A model generated the notes under the pieces. That model searched no databases. It saw nothing but the letters and a program-made list of their open reading frames with translations, and was not told the origin of the DNA. Made by a program: the position numbers and the translations under genes. A DNA stretch of 64,000 nt from Octopus vulgaris (Eukaryota), in NCBI GenBank assembly GCA_951406725.2, contig OX597840.1:27838001-27902000 (forward strand). The letters run 5' to 3'. Positions 14,521-28,618 of this stretch are shown here, one piece after another (the first letter of the stretch is position 1; each line of letters opens with the position of its first letter).

Positions 14521-14956
14521 TTCGTCTTCTTCTTCTTTTTCTTATTTCTTCTTCTTCTTCTTCTTCTTCTTCTTCTTCTCCTCCTCCTCCCCTTCTTCTT
14601 CTTCTTCTTCTTCTTCTTCTCCTCCACCTCCTCCTTCTTCCTCTCATTATTATTATCATTATTATTACTACTACTACTACTATTACTACTACTACTACTA
14701 CTACTATTACTACTACTACTACTACTACTACTACTGATGCCAGCGGATTGGTCATCGTTATTTCGGCGGAGAAAATGCTTCACAGTATCTTTTTAGCCTT
14801 TTTATGTTTTGAATTATAAATTCATCTGAGAGCAACTCCCTGCCTCCCTACTTCCGAGGTTTATAAATTAAGGTACCAGTCATGTAAGGGGGTCGATTGT
14901 ATAGACTAATACTCAACGTACGAAATGTCTGGCATCACGTCGGAATCAACTGCCGT

Positions 14957-15011
<55 letters not shown>

Positions 15012-15117
15012 GCTACTACTACTGCTACTACTACTACTACTACTACTACTACTGTGACTACTACTACTAATAGTAATAATAATATCATTATTATTATTAT
15101 TATTAACATTATTTTTA

Positions 15118-15152
<35 letters not shown>

Positions 15153-15369
15153 CTCATGAACTAACTGAAAAAACCAAGAAATATCAAGGCAAATTTCACC
15201 CTGCTTCCTTCCCTTTTAAAAACAAACAACAACAACAACAACAACAACAACAATAATAATAATAATAACAACAACAGCAACAACAATAAGAAGAACAGCA
15301 ACAACAACAGCAACAACAGTAATAATAATAACAACAACAACAACAACAATAATAATGATGATGATGATG

Positions 15370-15428
<59 letters not shown>

Positions 15429-15458
15429 AAAAAGAATGATAATAATGATAATAATAAT

Positions 15459-15532
<74 letters not shown>

Positions 15533-16052
15533 CGAAGAAAAACAAAGAAACGAAATATATAAAACAAAACGGAAACGAACGAAATAAACAAACATACAAA
15601 ATATATAAATATAACAATAAAAACAAACAAACAAACATAAAATAAAATTAAAAAAGCCAAACGTAAAAGCTGAAAATAATAAAAACAAGCAAACATAATT
15701 ATCAACAAAAGCTAACCAAACTGCAAAGAGTTCTCTCGGAGGCAAATATTTCCAAAGAGACCATTGACCCGTACATATATCGTCCTCTAACACTGAACAT
15801 ACTCTACTTGACATTCAAACAGAAAAACACCAATGTTTCACTCGTACGAGATGCATTGCTGCTTTCTGCACGTTAATATGGCAGCTTTGCTAGTTGTTGC
15901 AGCGGTAACTAATTGATGGACGCCATCTTAGAGACTTACTACTGTTCGGTGATTCGAGGATTCTACAAGCACGGAGCATTATGTTGTTATCAAATGTTGA
16001 GCAAGATGGCGCTTGAGAATCGCGAACGTAAGAATGAATAAATTAAATAAAG

Positions 16053-16104
<52 letters not shown>

Positions 16105-16117
16105 GTGTGTGTGTGTC

Positions 16118-16152
<35 letters not shown>

Positions 16153-16213
16153 GTATATATCTATGTATATATATATGTATGTATATATAAGTATATATAT
16201 AAGTATATGTATT

Positions 16214-16261
<48 letters not shown>

Positions 16262-16377
16262 CATATATATATATATAAATCATTGGATTCGGTATGAAGT
16301 AAGTAGACATGAATAAATATAAATATGAATATGAGGTTTCAATCTGTTCTTACGACCGTGTGAAGAGCGTGTGTGTA

Positions 16378-16451
<74 letters not shown>

Positions 16452-16535
16452 TGTATATATATGATTTTGATTTTGATTTTTCCAGTTTCAGCTAATGAGC
16501 TGTGGCCATGCTGGGGCACCGTCATTAGTATATAT

Positions 16536-16594
<59 letters not shown>

Positions 16595-16645
16595 CATATG
16601 CACATGTATATATACATATGTATATATATATATGTATATATATAA

Positions 16646-16724
<79 letters not shown>

Positions 16725-16725
<1 letters not shown>

Positions 16726-16935
16726 CGGGAAAGTTTACGAAAATAAACAAAAGACGAAGCCAGGTGGCGTACAAACAAACAAATGTATTAGTATTGCGCT
16801 CAGGAATAGAAATAGAAAAAGTATTTTACGTTTAGAACCTACGCTCTTCGACAGAAAGATACACAGAAAAAAAAACAAGGAGAGAAACAAGGAGAGAAAA
16901 AAATTCGTGTAGGAGCTAACGATCTATCATGGCAT
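16725..16935 (-). mobile_element. Family E element, second copy
   Basis: GCCATGATAGATCG and CTGTCGAAGAGCGTAGGTTCTAAACGTAAAATAC on the minus strand match 5690-5880; embedded in (TA)n. Confidence 0.65.
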
Positions 16936-16936
16936 C

Positions 16937-16970
<34 letters not shown>

Positions 16971-17000
16971 AATATATATGCATAAATATACACACACATA

Positions 17001-17050
<50 letters not shown>

Positions 17051-17106
17051 TATATTTATATCAGAACAAATGGTTATAACAGCAGCAACAACAATAGTTG
17101 TAGTAT

Positions 17107-17145
<39 letters not shown>

Positions 17146-17668
17146 CAGCGTTATTTGAATGCCATAACAATTTGGTAGTTTCACAAACATGCACATATTC
17201 GTGTGTACGTGTGTGTGTGTGTGTGTGTGTCTGTGTGTCCATTGGAAAAGAGATTAGACAGAAGGACAACAGTATATTTACAAAGAAAAGAAAATGAATA
17301 CAGCACAAAGTGATGTACGAACGTAATATTTCATCAGCTGTCGATTGGAAATCATTACAATTTCGACACCTTCCGACAAAATCAATCATTTCACTGGTGT
17401 GTACGACAAATTTCAGCTGCCAGGATATTGAAGAGTGTTCCGGAAATTTGAGACACTACATTTATGACAGTCAGTTAAGTGCGTTGCAACACAGTTTAGG
17501 GCCTTGAATCTCTCATAGATCATGAAAAACGAAGGATTATATCATGCATTATTATACGTTGGATATTCTTATGTATTGAAGGTTTGATGTTTGCTCCATC
17601 AAACCCAAACTTACGTACACGAACGCAAATATTCCTTGATCTCTCTGTCTAGCTATCTGTGTGTGAGT

Positions 17669-18048
17669 GGAGGTGCAATGGCCCAGTGGTTAGGGCAGCG
17701 GACTCGCGGTCATAGGATCGCGGTTTCGATTCCCAGACCGGGCGTTGTGAGTGTTTATTGAGCGAAAACACCTAAAGCTCCACGAGGCTCCGGCAGGTAT
17801 TGGTGGTGATCCCTGCTGTACTCTTTCACCACAACTTTCTCTCACTCTTACTTCCTGTTTCTCTTGTACCTGTATTTCAAAGGGCCGGCCTTGTCACTCT
17901 CTGTGTCACACTGAATATCCCCGAGAACTACGTTAAGGGTACACGAGTCTATGGAGTGCTCAGCCACTTACACGTTAATTTCACGAGCAGGCTGTTCCGT
18001 TGATTCGGATCAACCGGAACCCTCATCGTCGTAACGGACGGAGTGCTT
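17669..18048 (+). mobile_element. SINE family A, full length
   Basis: Intact tRNA-like head and body. Confidence 0.92.
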
Positions 18049-18418
18049 CCCATATGTGTGTGATCTCATTTTCTTTCTTTTTTATTTTAGAGGAGATCTT
18101 GACCGGCCACCTACTTAGTAGAAAAGGTTGTAAAGGAAATTATCTTCGTTTAGCCATCATCCTTTTAACCGTAAGAATGTATTGTAGGTATATGTGTTTG
18201 CTGCTGATCTTTACGTTCCGAGTTCAAATTCTGCCGAGGTCGATGTTGCTTTTCATCCTTTCGGGGTCGATAAATTAAGTACCAAAGCCTTGTGAGTATT
18301 TCACGACATCCATATTATATGTATATATTTATAAAAAGATATTAAACTATATAAAACGAAGCCATTTCTCTTCCACTTTTTTCCACGTATTTTCAACTAC
18401 ATATATATATGTGTGTGT

Positions 18419-18512
<94 letters not shown>

Positions 18513-18783
18513 GTATGTATATATATGTATATATATATGTATATGTATATATTGATTAAATATGCAACGGATTAAATATATGATGCTATATATAATTAAG
18601 TAGCGAATGGATGAATGTATAATTAAATAATTGAATAAATCGCTTAAAGTAATTAGAACGGTAATTGAATAGTTTAATAATCAAATATTTAAACACTTCA
18701 TTAATGATTTATTATTGATTAATAAACTAATATATTCCAGAACATATTTTTAAATATACATTTTAAATATAAGAACAGGAATA

Positions 18784-20050
18784 CTTGGTCAGATCAATAA
18801 GTATCCGGACTGTTGCCATAGTAACGAAGCTAAAGTATGCAGAATAAACACGCTTGGCACAGATTGTTTCTCTTTTACTTGTTTCAGTCATTCGACTGCG
18901 GCCATGCTGGAGCACCGCCTTTAGTCGAACAAATATCGACACCGGGACTTATTCTTTGTAAGCCCAGTACTTATTCTATCGGTCTCTTTTGCCGAACCGC
19001 TAAGTGACGGCGACGTAAACACACCAGCATCGGTTGTCAAGCAATGTGGGGGGGGGGGCAAACACAGACACACAAACATACACACACACATATATACATA
19101 TATATATACGACGGGCTCCTTTCAGTTTCCGTCTACCAAATCCACTCACAAGGCTTTGGTCGGTCCGAGGCTATAGTAGAAGACACTTGCCCAAGATGCC
19201 ACGCAGTGGGACTGAACCCGGTACCATGTGGTTGGTAAGCAAGCTACTTACCACACAGCCACTCCTGCGCCTAAATTTTAACGGTCTATCTCACTTCTGC
19301 TGTTTACAGCAGTGCTTGGAAGGAAGGTGAGTAACGTGCGATCGTCGCATTGACTATGACAGAGAAAACTGAGCAGAGAATCTGGATCAAATTTTGCCAA
19401 AATCTTGGTGATACCTGCTCAGAGGCCGACACAAAGTTTTCAAAGACTTTTCATCGTAATCGACATAATGAAGGAGATCTTGTGCAACTTAAACCCGTGT
19501 GGTTTTTGGTCAGCTGAAAGCAGTTTTGGCACAAATTTGGCAGACACGCGTCTCATACCCAAATGTTCAGTGGGTGTGATAATGGACTGAACTGAACCGT
19601 AATTAATCTGCACATCCTCTGATAACTCCCGGATGGTGATTCGACGATTTCCCTTCACAGCTACACTCATATCTGAGATGTTTTTCTCAGTTCCGCTCTT
19701 TGCGGGTCTCTCAGAACGTTCGTCAATATTGGCCACCTTGGAAACGTCTGAACCAATCGAACTCTTGTGAGCATTCCATACACTCCTCTCCATACACTTT
19801 CTGCAACTTTGTGTCGGGCTCAGAGCAAGCATTGCCATGACAACTTCCTCTATCATGGTCAATGTGAAGATCATACGCTACACACCTTCCTTCCAAACAC
19901 TGCTGTAATCAGCAGAAGTGAGTTAGAACGTTAAGACTTAATGCGCATGCTCAGCAATGTCCAAGGTCAATTTGTGCCAAGCGACTTTACTCTGCGTGCT
20001 TTAGCTTCGTTACTATGGCAGCAGTCCGAATACTTATTAATCAGACCTCG
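18784..20050. mobile_element. Mariner-like transposon derivative with long inverted arms and a transposase remnant
   Basis: TA-flanked TIRs (GGTCAGATCAATAAGTATCCGGACTG / CAGTCCGAATACTTATTAATCAGACC). The minus ORF 19440-19874 has RRITIRELSE...LGMRRVSAKFVPKLL (HTH plus a WVP-type linker). A SINE B is inserted in the left arm. Confidence 0.9.
18867..19272 (-). mobile_element. SINE family B nested in mariner
   Basis: Full-length match to other B copies. Confidence 0.9.
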
Positions 20051-21405
20051 TATATCAACGCAACACGCAGTCGAGACATATGGCAGAGACCGCATGCAGG
20101 GGAAATGGGGACAGTAAGATTTACTTCTGGAATACAGAGGTTTAGAAGCTGTAACGTATTGTATGATAATGCAAGCTGCCAGTGTGAAGCCCTCAAACTT
20201 TGTAATTTACGTTTGTTGGACGGGGAGGAATCGCAAACAAAAATAAGACGTCGTTAGCGGTAAATAGTTTGTTAAACTGGGGATATGACAATGTGCTCCA
20301 TTTTACCTTGTGGCCCTACTGCCCTTTAATAGATTCCTGAAATGCGGAATTAAGACTCTGGATGTTTACGTATCTGCGGTTTTGAGTGTCAGAATTGTTG
20401 CGCGTTCGAACCGATCTTGCATCCTTGGAAATTTGAAGTTTTAGCGTAAATTTTCAATGAAATATAGCATGATACAGCGTTTGGATTTCAGCATACGTAT
20501 ATACCTACATATATACATACATATACACGCAAACGTACATATGCATACACACATACACACATGCATGCAAACATACATGCATACATACATGCACGCATAC
20601 ATACACACATCTAAACATACATAAACATACATACACACACATATGCACACAGACACTCACCCACATACATACACACACACACTCATACATACACATACAT
20701 ACACATGGATATACTCGCATACACACATACATACACACACATACACATGCATAAACATACATACATACATATGCACGCATACACACATACACACATACAT
20801 ACACACACACACACACACTCATACATACATACACATACATACACACGCATACACCCGCATACACACGCATACTTACATACACACATACACACAAAAAATA
20901 CATACACATACACACTTACATACATATCTACATACATACATATATACATAAATACATACATATACATACATACAAACATACATACATCCATACATACATG
21001 CATACATCCAAACATACCTACAAACATACATACATACATGCATACACGCAAACATAAGCATGCGTATTTGCTCCGGTGTGTAAGTGTGTGTGTGTGTCTG
21101 TCTACGTATTTATGTATGCTCGACTCACACCGGACGTTGTAATATATGCAATCCGTGTGAGCAAACTTCCTTCCAGTTTGATTCTCATTAAACCTTCCAC
21201 GCTCCTTCATTTCCTCGTCGGTCGGTTCCTCTCTCTCTCTCTCTCTCTCTCACTCTTTCGCTTCACGAATTCGTTCGCTCCTTCGTTCTTTCCTTCGCAG
21301 TCGCGTTGTGCAAGCTGAACAGACAAACACCTCCCTTTAAGCAATTTACTCACCAATAATCAAAGACTGGAAGAAGAAGAAAGAAAAGAACGAGACACGA
21401 GGGTG

Positions 21406-21445
<40 letters not shown>

Positions 21446-21452
21446 CAGCAGC

Positions 21453-21499
<47 letters not shown>

Positions 21500-21545
21500 C
21501 AGTAGTAGTAGTAGTAGTAGTAGTAGCAGCAGTAGTAGTAGTAAT

Positions 21546-21594
<49 letters not shown>

Positions 21595-21605
21595 GTAGTA
21601 GTAAT

Positions 21606-21643
<38 letters not shown>

Positions 21644-21938
21644 TAGTAGTAGGGAGATGCAATTATTTAATAAAGGGGCCTAGTTTTAATTCAGACACCT
21701 GCCAATCAGAAAAAACAAGGGGTCTGCGCCCGATGTCTAAACGCCTGTTCTATAGAAATTGTGAATTGTTTGAGGGACGTCGTTGAAGAATATGCTGGCT
21801 TGTCGCGTTTCCTGTAACAGCCGCAGGATAGCATTAGTGCGATTTTTAATTCCTGGGACACATGTTTTCCCGTCTTCGCAATTCCATGATCCCCGTTTTT
21901 CACGTACGCACGCACACACTCACACACATACATACACT

Positions 21939-21970
<32 letters not shown>

Positions 21971-21975
21971 CATAA

Positions 21976-22043
<68 letters not shown>

Positions 22044-22229
22044 CATAAACAGATATATACATATATATGTATAGATGTATATGTATATATGCATATATAT
22101 GTTTATATATGTATATATATGTATGTATATATATATATGTATGTATGTATCTATATACATACATCAAATACACACAGATATATATATATGTATATATGTA
22201 TAGACGTATATATATGCATATATATGTAT

Positions 22230-22282
<53 letters not shown>

Positions 22283-22533
22283 TATATATATATGTATTTA
22301 TATATGTATATATATGTATATACATATATACATATATATATATATACAGTATATATATATATATATATCATGCATATATCCATACATAGCATACACAGAT
22401 ATATACATATATATGTAGATGTATATGTAAATGCATATATATATATATGTATGTATATATATGTATATAAGTATTTGTATATATATATATACATCATGCA
22501 TATATCCATGCATCGCATACACAGATATATATA

Positions 22534-22573
<40 letters not shown>

Positions 22574-22873
22574 CACATGGGTTTCCATAGACATACGTAG
22601 GTGAGGATTGTATAGACGTGCAAATTGTTCGGAGTCGTAAATATATCTAGACTTTTGCCCTCGTAATTAATAATGATAACGACGCCATCTTGTTTTTCCT
22701 TTTCTCTTTTCATACATCCTTTCATTCTTTCTTTTCTTCTTCACATGTCCTCTCTTTGTCTTTTTCTCTCACTCTCTCCCTTACTCTCTCTCTCTCTCAC
22801 ACCATTTCGATTTCTCGTAAGCATATGTATGTATGTGTGTACTTATGTAAGACTAAAAAAGACATATACATAC

Positions 22874-22908
<35 letters not shown>

Positions 22909-22922
22909 TGTATGTATGTATG

Positions 22923-22960
<38 letters not shown>

Positions 22961-23078
22961 TGATGTATACATGATTGCATGAATGTGACTGTGTGTATGT
23001 ATGAATGTATGTTTGTGTGTGAATGTGTATGGCCGCGTGTTTCTGTAGAGTACGTATATATATATTCGTACGTATTGC

Positions 23079-23209
<131 letters not shown>

Positions 23210-24105
23210 GTGTATATGCAAATACATAATATCACTCAGTCAAACAAGCCCACCTGTGTTGGGGGCGGGTTACAGCCTTCCTCTATCAGCCGGAAGGTAG
23301 GCTCCAGTACCAACTGGAAGATTTTCTCCAAAATATTCTAACATCCCTACTCTGCTTTCCTTGAAAGCCTTCACTTCCACAGAACACAAATGGTCTTCTT
23401 CTCACAGACCTACACACACAACCTACAACAGAAAAAAAAAAAACACCGTTCTGGTTTATGTCATTTTCTTCGTGGCCGCAGATTTCCATGTTGAAGTATC
23501 CCTCGGGCTAGCGACACTTCTAAACAAAATTTAATGGGTTTTTTCCTTTTTACATGCTTTATATTCTTTATTTATATTGTTTTTTTATACTGCAATTGCT
23601 GTATTTGTTTATTTGTCTATTTACTTATTTATTTATTTCGCTTTTAGCTAATACAGCTAAGACCCGTCTGGAGCACCGCTTTTTGTTGTATGTCGACCCT
23701 AAATTAAATAATAGAATTATAATTGTTTGTCGCTTTATGTTTCCGGTATTGTGTTGTCGCTCGTGTATAAAACTCGTGTATAAACCTAATAGTCCTGTTG
23801 TTATTTCAATTGTCATTGCTTTTGTTCCTGCTGTTGTACTTGTTGTTGTTGTTTTTAGTGATGGTGGTGATGGCAGTGCTTTGCTGCTGCTGCCATGGGC
23901 GTTGATATCGTTGTTGTTGCTGTTGTTGTTGTTGGTGGTGTTGTTGTAGTTCTTGACGTTGTAGCTGTGCTATTGTAATTCTAGTTGTTCTACTGGTAAG
24001 TTTTTGTTGTCCTTTACACGTTTCAGGCATTAGACAACGGCCGTGCTGGAGCACAGCCTTGGAAAACTTTCGTTTTGTTCTTTACTCGAAAGAAATGAGC
24101 CGAAT

Positions 24106-24650
24106 ACCTATTTTCTTATTTCTTTATAACCCACAAGGGGCTAAACACAGAGGGGACAAACAAGGACAGACAATGGGATTAAATCGATTATATTGACTCC
24201 AGTGCGCAACTGGTACTTAATTTATCGACTCCGAAAGGATAAAAGGCAAAGTTGACCTCGGTGGAGTTTGAATTCAGAACGTAGCGGCAGGCGAAATACC
24301 TATTTCTTTACTACCCACAAGGGGCTAAACACAGAGGGGACAAACAAGGACAGACAAAGGGATTAAATCGATTATATCGATTTCAGTGCGTAACTAGTAT
24401 TTAATTTATCGACCCCGAAAGTATGAAGGGCAAAATTGACCTCGGCGGAATTTGAACTCAGAACGTAACGGCAATGAAATACTGCTAAGCATTTCGCTAC
24501 TTTCACTTTCCGTCTACCAAATCCACTCACAAGGCTTTAGTTGTCCCGAGGCTATAGTCGAAGTCACTTACCCAAGGTTCCACGCAATGGGACTGAACTC
24601 GGAATCATGTGGTTGGCAAGCAAGCTTCTTACCACACAGTCACTCTTGCG

Positions 24651-24652
<2 letters not shown>
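24106..24652 (-). mobile_element. SINE C dimer abutting a SINE B head
   Basis: Two tandem C units (24106-24497) followed by a B 5' part (24500-24652). Confidence 0.85.
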
Positions 24653-24679
<27 letters not shown>

Positions 24680-24687
<8 letters not shown>

Positions 24688-24816
24688 ATATTTCGGAATG
24701 GTCATTTTGCCAGTTTAGCCAATAAAAACACACGCCCTATATATTTGGTGTTACTTTGCTTCAGTGTGTTTTATTGGCTAAACTGGCAAAATGACCATTC
24801 CGAAATATAACAATAT
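24680..24816. repeat. Inverted repeat, about 53-bp arms, 30-bp spacer
   Basis: 24680-24733 is the reverse complement of 24764-24816 with one 1-nt indel. Confidence 0.9.
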
Positions 24817-24922
24817 CTGTTTCAACACACGACTTCACATAAAAAATCTTGCACAACAAATATTTAAACGTATATATATATATATATATATATACATACA
24901 CACACAAACACACACACACATA

Positions 24923-24967
<45 letters not shown>

Positions 24968-24999
24968 AACTTCTACTACTAATTCGTCGTCTTCTTCTT

Positions 25000-25080
<81 letters not shown>

Positions 25081-25465
25081 ATTATTATTGTTGTTTTTAT
25101 TGTTGCTGCCTTTGTTTTTTTTGTTTTTTGTTTTGTTTTGTTTTTTTTCTTTACCCTAAAGCGATCCCTCATTCACCAGGACACTCAACAAAAAGTGTGG
25201 CCAGCTGTGACCATCCCGTCTTTCTGAACATCTATCAATACGTCGTTCCACTTCTCTTCTTCACTCAAGACATTTGTAAATTAAGGGAGATTTGCCTACT
25301 TCTTCTGGAGCCACTACACGGAGAATCTTCCTGATTCTGATAGTAATGGCAGTGGTGGTAGTGGTGGTGGAGTGGTAGTTTTGGTGGTGGTTTTGGTGAT
25401 GGTGGTGATAGTGGTAGTAGTAGCAGGTGCGTTGTTACAGTTGTTGAGAGTAATGATGTTGTTCT

Positions 25466-25519
<54 letters not shown>

Positions 25520-25713
25520 TAGTAGTGGTGGTCGCCGTCGTTATAGCAGTAGTAGCTATAGTTTTAGTAAAGTAGTAGCAGTAGTGCTAGTAGAAGTAGT
25601 AGTAGTAGTAGTAGTAGCGGAAGCAGCAGCAGCAAAAGTAGTAGTGGTAATTGTAGTAGTAGTAGTAGTGGTAGTGTTAGTGGTGGTTGTGCAGCTGGTG
25701 GTCGTAGTAGTAC

Positions 25714-25756
<43 letters not shown>

Positions 25757-25762
25757 TGTAGC

Positions 25763-25794
<32 letters not shown>

Positions 25795-25874
25795 CAGTAG
25801 TAGTAATAGTAGTAGTAGTAGTAATAGTAGTAGTAATAGTAATAGTAGCAGCGCCAGTAGTAGTAGTAGTGCTA

Positions 25875-25905
<31 letters not shown>

Positions 25906-26059
25906 CGGCAGTAGCAGCAAAAGTAGTAGTGGTAATTGTAGTAGTAGTTGTAGTGGTAGTGGTGGTTGTGCAGCTGGTGGTCGTAGTAGTGCAAGTAGTA
26001 GTAGTAATAGTAGTAGTAGCATTGGTAGTAGTAGTAATAGTAATAGTAGCAGCAGCACC

Positions 26060-26106
<47 letters not shown>

Positions 26107-27115
26107 CAGCAGCAGCAGCAGTAGCCGGATAAGCAGTAATGGCGGTAGTAACATCACCTTCACAATCTATTAAGTAATCCTTAAATATGTAAGATAAGCA
26201 CTTGTCTACAACACCAGGCAGCAGAAGAGCCTCTGTGTGGTCGGCTCGCATGCTAGAAATAGCAGGCAAATCAAATTTCCTTCGACTTACATCAGAACGG
26301 TTTGAAAATCAAGAAGAGCACGCAGGACAGAGTATTTTCTAGATGTACAAAGAAAATGTGATGGTCACAGCTGGTCACACTTTTGATCATCGTTCGGATG
26401 AATGAGGGATGCCTTGGGCTGAATAACAACAACAACAACAACAACAACGGCAACGGCAGGTTTGTACAATGGCGACAATACAATATACAAAGCACAAAAC
26501 ACAAAAGGACAATTAAAATTCTATTATTTAATTTGTGTGTCAACTTACAACCAAAGGCAATGCTCCAGTATGGTCTTAGCTGTGATGTCGAAAAAAAACA
26601 AAAATAAATACATAACAAAATCAAAGATTAATAGATAAAAAAATTTCAAAAAAAAGAGAGGATAAAATGTGTTTAAAAATGTTTAAAAAAACATCAAATT
26701 ATATGAAAATGTTCCCATAGCCTGGGGGACCCTTCAACACGAAAATCCCAAACCCACGCAGAGAATGACACAAACCAGGATTGCTTTTCTTTCTATAGTG
26801 ACGTGACTCAGCGTGGGTCTGTGAAAACTGACCATTTGTGTTATGTTGAAGTGAAGACCTTCAAGCTGACATCGTTCGTATTTAGTTCTCTTGGTGGTTA
26901 GAACTGTAGTGCCAAAACGCAGCAGCCTATTCGCTGTTCCGTTCACCAAACTGTGTAACTTGTATCTTAGTCTTCACAATCCCTATGTAATGAACTGACG
27001 TTTTTCAGACTTATTTGAACCAAGCACTGATATCATGCGGAACATTTTTTCTACAGATTGAGAGATCCCGCGCTCAACAAAACACAATTAACTGCATACC
27101 ATAATTTAATTGTTA

Positions 27116-27870
27116 CAGGCGTAGTTGTGTGGTAAGAAGTTAGCGAGCTGGCAGAATCGTTAGCACGCCGGGCGAAATGCTTAGCGGTATTTCGTCTGTC
27201 GTTACGTTCTGAGTTCAAATTCCGCCGAAGTCGACTTTGCCTTTCATCCTTTCAGGGTCGATAAATTAAGTACCAGTTACGCACTGGGGCCGATGTAATC
27301 GACTTAATCCGTTTGTCTGTCCTTGTTTGACCCCTCTGTGTTTAGCCCCTTGTGGGTAGTAAAGAAATAGGTATTTCGTCTGCCGCTACGTTCTCAGTTC
27401 AAATTTAGCCGAGGTCGACTTTACCTTTCATCCTTTCGGGGTCGATAAATTAAGTACCAGTTACACACTGGGGTCGATGTAATCGACTTAATCTCTTTGT
27501 CTGTCCTTGTTTGGCCTCTCTGTGTTTAGCCCCTTGTGGGTAGTAATGAAATAGGTATTTCGTCTGTCTTTACGATATGAGTTCAAATTCCGCCGAGGTC
27601 AACTTTGCCTTTCATCCTTTCAGGGTGGATAAATTAAGTACCAGTTACGCACTGGGGTCGATGTAAACGACTCGTTTCCTTTGTCTCTCCTTGTTTGCCC
27701 CCTCTATGTTTAGCCCCTTGTGGGCAATAAAGAAATAAGAAGGTTGCTTCCCAAGTACAGATTCAGTCCCACTGCGTGGTACCTTGGGCAAGTGTCTTCA
27801 ACTATAGCCTCAGGCCGACCAAAGTCTTGTGAGTGAATTTGGTAGACAGAAACTGAAAGAAGCCCGTCGT
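27116..27870 (+). mobile_element. SINE B head interrupted by a SINE C trimer
   Basis: C units have a 184-bp period (GGTATTTCGTCTG at 27186, 27370, 27554); TAAGAAG on both sides is a possible TSD. Confidence 0.85.
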
Positions 27871-28164
27871 ATACATATGCATACATAGATACATAAAAAC
27901 ATATATATATACACACGCGCGCGCATACACACACATATATGATAGGAAGTGTGGTTGGTGAAGGTTCGTTTTTCATAGGTCCACAAATGTGATTCTTGCC
28001 CAGAATAAGAAAGGCATGGTCTGTCATAAACTGGGAGCACAAAATGGTGGTTGGGATCTAATTTCCCGTTGGTCGTAGAAATTTTCTTTAGATTACTCTT
28101 AAGTTTCGAAGGGGTTAACCTGTTTCCTTCAAAAGCTTTCACTGCACTCCACACTTTATATATA

Positions 28165-28407
<243 letters not shown>

Positions 28408-28548
28408 GGAATATTTCGATGGGAGATTGAATTATCCTATGCTTACCGTCAACATGGAAAATTCGGAATAAAACTATGTTGTCTTCGAAACATATGTTGA
28501 AAGTAAAGGAATTTTATTAACATCTTCGTTCAACTCATATATATATGT

Positions 28549-28618
<70 letters not shown>

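Noticed and set aside
17669-17745. tRNA gene
   Set aside because: The tRNA-like sequence continues into a conserved SINE body in other copies, and no convincing acceptor stem was found.
26785-26880. Possible host exon after a TTTCTTTCTATAG acceptor
   Set aside because: Short frame, weak donor and an unrecognisable peptide; RNA-seq would be needed.
27810-28154. 114-aa ORF as a GIY-YIG or host protein
   Set aside because: No diagnostic motif was recognised, and the ORF runs into microsatellite and SINE sequence.
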